Source: Pseudomonadota bacterium (lineage in GTDB: Bacteria > UBA10199 > 2-02-FULL-44-16 > JBDRGF01). From it: 41,017 bases of DNA. Both the position numbers and the translations under genes were made by a program. Positions 37,119 through 41,017 of the stretch are shown here, piece after piece (within the stretch, counting starts at the first letter, position 1; each line of letters opens with the position of its first letter). A model generated the notes under the pieces. The model was given only the letters and a program-made list of their open reading frames with translations, ran no database searches and was not told the DNA's origin. The DNA lies in assembly GCA_043818055.1 (NCBI GenBank), contig JBDRGF010000156.1, positions 1 to 41,017 on the forward strand. Reading direction: 5' to 3'.

Positions 37119-38401
37119 TTCTGACCACTCTCCTGTATTTCTTGTCTAGCAACTTCCACTTCGCTTGGAAACTCATCTTTTGCGATGTCGATAAATTTAC
37201 AAAACGCCCTGGCTGATTTTTTCATATCGCCGGATGCCTTGTAGGCATTCCCGAGATTATAGTAAGCCCGCGAATATCTCGGGTTGACGACGATCGTGTA
37301 TTCCCATTCTGAAATGGCCTCAGCAGTCTTGCCCAACTTCAAATAGGCGAGTCCCAGATTGTAGCTCGCTTCTGCAAAATTCGGTTTGACATCCTTTGCC
37401 TTTGAAAGTGCGGTGATCGCACCCTCGTATCTTTGTGAGGCTAATTTAGGATTCTGATCGGATATCGCGTCAGCAGTTTCGAGATATGCGCTGCCGAGCT
37501 TGAACCAGGCGTTAGCATCCTGCTGCATGAATACGGTGACGCTCTTGTATTCATTGATCGCATCATCAACACGACCCTCATTCATATAATAATCCCCGAG
37601 CAGGTTGTGTGCATCGGCTGAATAGGGATTGATCTGGAGGGCTGCGTTGAAAGCCGCAATCGCTTTTGTGGAATCGTGTCGGGAGAGATAGAGCTTTCCC
37701 AGCTCGACCCAGTCTTTATCGGACTGTGGCGAGTTGCCTAGCGCCAATCTGAAACGAATCGCGGCCAGATCAAATCTCCCCTGGCTTTCATAGAGGTGAG
37801 CTAGCACTTCATGCACATGTGTGAGGTTGGGATCGAGTTCCGTTGCCCGTTTTAAGGCTTTTTCAGCTAAAGCTTCGTTCTTCTGCTTATCATCCTTTTT
37901 GGCCAGGGCGAGATAAGCGAGCCCAAGGTTGTAAAATCCATCTGAAAGAGTCCTGTCCTTTTTTATCCCTTTTTTGATTATCGACACAGCCTCTTTGGGG
38001 TTTCCCTGGTCGAGATATATTGTCCCCAGATGTACGTAGGCAGGGGCGTAATTTTTGTCGAGTTTGATCGCTGTTTCAAAGTTCGTTATAGCCTCGCCGA
38101 ATTTTCCCTGAAGCTTCTGAACTAGCCCTAAGTTGTTAAACGCTTCGACGTAGTGTGGGGAGAGTTCAACCGCCGTCTGAAATTCGGTCAGGGCTCGATC
38201 GAAGTTTTCCTGCCCTAAAAATATTATCCCCTGATTATTATGATATACCGCGCGGTTTGTCGGCTGCGTGATTTTCTTCTTAGCGTTGGCTGTCACGCCA
38301 ATGCAGAGCAGTAACAGGATGAGAATCCCGCATTGTATTGCTTTGTAGGGGCAGGTTTTAAACCTGCCCGCAGCACTATATTTTATTCTCAATCTATGCA
38401 T
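37106..38401 (-). CDS. Exported tetratricopeptide-repeat protein
   Basis: Multiple TPRs (AFNNLG, AYVHLG, FYNLG, AWFKLG, AYYNLG); signal peptide; overlaps both neighbours. Confidence 0.92.
   Translation of the reverse strand: MHRLRIKYSAAGRFKTCPYKAIQCGILILLLLCIGVTANAKKKITQPTNRAVYHNNQGIIFLGQENFDRALTEFQTAVELSPHYVEAFNNLGLVQKLQGKFGEAITNFETAIKLDKNYAPAYVHLGTIYLDQGNPKEAVSIIKKGIKKDRTLSDGFYNLGLAYLALAKKDDKQKNEALAEKALKRATELDPNLTHVHEVLAHLYESQGRFDLAAIRFRLALGNSPQSDKDWVELGKLYLSRHDSTKAIAAFNAALQINPYSADAHNLLGDYYMNEGRVDDAINEYKSVTVFMQQDANAWFKLGSAYLETADAISDQNPKLASQRYEGAITALSKAKDVKPNFAEASYNLGLAYLKLGKTAEAISEWEYTIVVNPRYSRAYYNLGNAYKASGDMKKSARAFCKFIDIAKDEFPSEVEVARQEIQESGQKCSK
38345..38369 (+). repeat. GTAG-type REP hairpin inside the TPR gene 5' end
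   Basis: GTAG-GGGCAGGTTT-t-AAACCTGCCC. Confidence 0.75.
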
Positions 38402-39453
38402 GGGTTGATCTCTTTCGCATTGTTGAGGGCGTTTTTAGCGCCCTTGTTGTTCTTGAGCTTTTTCAACATATTAGAGAGGTGAAACCAGGAGAGAGCATCT
38501 TCAGGGACGAGCTTTGTTGCCCGCTCAAAACCGTTTGCCGCGTTTTTCCAATCCTTTTTCTTCTCGGCTATTGATCCCTGCATGTAGGCGAGATTTCCGG
38601 CGAGGAACCTGTTGGGAAGTTTGCTAAGTCCCATCTCTTCCATAGTTTTTAGCACCCCGGCCGAATTTTCTATCGGTATCTTCTTGCGGTTTCTCTGAAT
38701 CATCAGAAGATATTCAGCTTGAGCCTGCTGATAAAAGATCGAATATGTCTCGCCCGCCTGTTTGTTATATAGTGCCTGAAATGTCAGAAGATTGGTGAGT
38801 CCCTGATATCCGAGGGGGGAGTGGACATCCGCGTTGACCGCCTCCTTGAACCATGTCGATGCTACCTCGAGATTTTTAGGGTTGTAGTGGTGTAGCTCGT
38901 TTCTTCCTTTTGCGTAATTGGTATAGCACGCTGTTGAATCTGTGAGGGCTGCGATCTGAGAGAGTTTTTCTTCATTATATTTTAGAGTGAGATAATCGAG
39001 GATTCCCTTGGCGGCCTTTTTCATGCTGTTGAAAAAATCGGTATGCTCAGGATATGTGATCTCGTAAGTGAACTGCTGGACGAGCTTCTTGCTATTTCCT
39101 CTGTAGAGATTGAAATAGATCTCAAGCTTTTTCTCCTTGTGATTAAACGCACCCCTGATTGTTATCGCAGGGGTCTTCGCGGCCTTATCGAACTGAGCGG
39201 AAAGTCCACTCAAAACTCTCACACCGGAACCCGTTCTGAGAAGGTCGGTGAGAAAATCCCTGAGGCCAAATGTAAGCCATTCGTCGCCGGGCCACTTCGT
39301 CTTGTCCTCGAATGGCTCGATCACGACGACTTTCCCCCGATCCATATTTGAGATCTCAAATATGGTCATCGTCTTTGGCCAGTCGATGCATTGTTTCGCG
39401 CTTACCGTGACAGGAAGTAACAGGAGAAGTAATATAATTGTAATCTTCTTCAT
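38389..39453 (-). CDS. Exported protein with TolB_N/CsgG-like N-terminal region and C-terminal TPRs
   Basis: Signal peptide MKKITIILLLLLLPVTVSA; VVVIEPFED...WLTFGL...LTDLL pattern; TPR-like helices. Confidence 0.7.
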   Translation of the reverse strand: MKKITIILLLLLLPVTVSAKQCIDWPKTMTIFEISNMDRGKVVVIEPFEDKTKWPGDEWLTFGLRDFLTDLLRTGSGVRVLSGLSAQFDKAAKTPAITIRGAFNHKEKKLEIYFNLYRGNSKKLVQQFTYEITYPEHTDFFNSMKKAAKGILDYLTLKYNEEKLSQIAALTDSTACYTNYAKGRNELHHYNPKNLEVASTWFKEAVNADVHSPLGYQGLTNLLTFQALYNKQAGETYSIFYQQAQAEYLLMIQRNRKKIPIENSAGVLKTMEEMGLSKLPNRFLAGNLAYMQGSIAEKKKDWKNAANGFERATKLVPEDALSWFHLSNMLKKLKNNKGAKNALNNAKEINPCID

Positions 39454-39517
39454 AACTGGTTGTCGATTATGATGATTTTACCTCAGAAAATCAAGCGATA
39501 GTATGGGGGAAAAAATC

Positions 39518-39619
39518 GCATGTGGCTATAAACGTGAAGCGTCCGCCCGTGAAGCGTGAAACGTAAAAATGCCTTTTTTGCGCTTCACGAACGACGTTTC
39601 ACGCCTACATGCCATATTC
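39518..39619. repeat. Nested heptamer-repeat inverted structure
   Basis: Outer GCATGTGG / CTACATGC arms enclose inner CGTGAAG CGTGAAA / CGCTTCACG, CGTTTCACG arms. Confidence 0.72.
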
Positions 39620-39624
39620 CGCTT

Positions 39625-40719
39625 TTACTTTTTTCGATTCAGAGAGGTTGCCATTGTAAAACAGTTCTTGCCGATACAGTTGAAGGCAAGATGAGGGTAG
39701 CTGGCCTTTATCCGCATTCCCACGAATGAATAGTAAGGATAATTCGTTAGCCAATTTAAAGTTTTTCGCCGTGCGATTTGCGATAATATTTCTTTTATCA
39801 ATCTCCACTTTCGATTATATACCATTCTTCTGACAAAGAGTTTTTTTGAGTCTTTCGATTTGCGGCAGTAATTTCTATATCTTTTTCTGGCGAGTCTTCT
39901 GCCATCGTATTGCCATGTTTTGCCTCTTGGAGTCTTAGCCCTTACGATATGTGCGAGGGTCACTTTTTTCGAAGTCCCGCCTTTATAAGCAAAGGACTCT
40001 GCAGCGATCAGCTTGCTTTTTGTCTGGATCAGTTTTTCTGTGATTTCCCTTCGCTTGTCATTGATGACCCTCATCATGACTTCGAGATTCATAGTGATAT
40101 CATCGAAGCTGTTCGCTTTGCCTATATCGAGAGGGATGTCGTTTCGCCTTAAAAAGGCTGCGAATTTAGTTTTAAATTTTTTAAGATTTTTCAGGTTGCG
40201 ACCGAATTTACCATATTTCGAAGGTTTATTGACAAATTCAGCATGGAGTCTCAACCCCATGGTCGAGAGCTTAAGGACTTTTTTAAATTCCATATGAACG
40301 AGTCTTACTTCCCTTCTTTTTTGGATAATAAGTTTCTTTCGTCTTATGACTGTAGCGATGATGGCCTCAATCTGCCTTTTTATTATGAGCAGCTTGCCCG
40401 GATTATGGCAAAAATCGCGGATATCGAGCGCTTCGACCTCTGTCCAGAGCGTCAACAGAAGCTCGTTGAGTTCTCGTTTTGAAAACCTGCCAACCGGGCC
40501 TCTGAAAAATGGCAGATCCCTCTTTACGTTGCATCTTTTAGGCACAAAAAGCCTGCAGAATGGCCTGATCGTTTCGCTGGCTGTATAGGTTTTTCTGCGG
40601 GAGCTGCGATAAGCCAACTTCTTATTAGTTTTAATGGGGCAGTTTTTCCCTGAAAAACTAGAACCAGTTGAAATTAAAGAGTTATTGCCTATTTTTAGTA
40701 TAGTGGGTCCATTTAACAT
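39625..40719 (-). CDS. Hypothetical, very Lys/Arg-rich protein
   Basis: 364-aa ORF with GAGGA SD and a promoter-like motif upstream; no recognisable domain. Confidence 0.65.
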   Translation of the reverse strand: MLNGPTILKIGNNSLISTGSSFSGKNCPIKTNKKLAYRSSRRKTYTASETIRPFCRLFVPKRCNVKRDLPFFRGPVGRFSKRELNELLLTLWTEVEALDIRDFCHNPGKLLIIKRQIEAIIATVIRRKKLIIQKRREVRLVHMEFKKVLKLSTMGLRLHAEFVNKPSKYGKFGRNLKNLKKFKTKFAAFLRRNDIPLDIGKANSFDDITMNLEVMMRVINDKRREITEKLIQTKSKLIAAESFAYKGGTSKKVTLAHIVRAKTPRGKTWQYDGRRLARKRYRNYCRKSKDSKKLFVRRMVYNRKWRLIKEILSQIARRKTLNWLTNYPYYSFVGMRIKASYPHLAFNCIGKNCFTMATSLNRKK

Positions 40720-40737
40720 AGATTTCCTCTATCTATA

Positions 40738-40766
40738 TTATCGGCAGATAGTCGCATAATGTTGCG
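40738..40766 (-). promoter_or_regulatory. Putative sigma-28 (FliA/WhiG-type) promoter
   Basis: Minus strand CGCAAC-N15-GCCGATAA; perfect -10 box 18 nt before the ATG, non-canonical -35. Confidence 0.6.
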
Positions 40767-40767
40767 T

Positions 40768-41017
40768 GTGCGAGGCAGATTTCTTTAACGGAAAAGGAGA
40801 AAGGAGGTAAAGGCAAATAATCCCCGGTGGTTGGAGAATTCCGAAATTCACCACCCGAAGCCCGGGAGACAAAGGCTCCGATCTGTAAGCCGCTGTGGCA
40901 ACACAGTGACGAAGTTCTGCAAGAAGTCAGGGCGGCGTAGTAGTGAGTAAAGCCAGTGAGAGCTGGCGGACTGTGTGCAGGGAAAAAAAGGTCACACAGG
41001 GCTCAATGATCACGAAA
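40768..41017 (+). ncRNA. Probable 5' end (domain I) of a group II intron, truncated by the window edge
   Basis: Begins GTGCG; no ORF in the track; consecutive hairpins including CGCTGTG-GCAA-CACAGTG (GNRA loop) flanked by GTAAG/GAAG, GCCAG/CTGGC, CTGTGTG/CACACAG and TCCC..TGGT/ACCA..GGGA. Confidence 0.55.

Noticed and set aside
40768..41017. RNase P RNA, tmRNA or SRP RNA
   Set aside because: Lacks their hallmark sequences (e.g. GAGGAAAGUCC, tRNA-like GGGG 5' end, SRP GGAA loop context).

Overview
Bacterial chromosomal window, probably from a deltaproteobacterium-like lineage (inferred from protein style and gene order, not established). A housekeeping backbone (lon, PpiC-type isomerase, acyP, ruvX-mltG, ssnA-like amidohydrolase, a PLP enzyme, hrcA-grpE, LpoA-like lipoprotein, thiL, two CNNM/CBS proteins, larC, rlmD, a TPR-TPR-FHA operon) is interrupted by a ~9.7 kb integrase-less defence/toxin-antitoxin cluster (about 9400-19040). 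The cluster holds an HTH-fused MNT/HEPN pair, an XRE-Panacea/RelE-like pair, an AT-rich two-gene SIR2 + 951-aa helical-protein operon (the best candidate for an undescribed anti-phage system), a hipB-type operon destroyed by a deletion plus an IS30 insertion, and an AAA-ATPase/nuclease gene. Non-coding structure is rich: a REP-doublet MITE in two copies, three GTAG-type REPs (one in frame inside a CDS), heptamer-repeat hairpins and several operator-like repeat arrays. At the right edge is a highly structured segment resembling the 5' end of a group II intron, abutting a sigma-28-like promoter. All calls come from reading motifs by eye; no searches were run.
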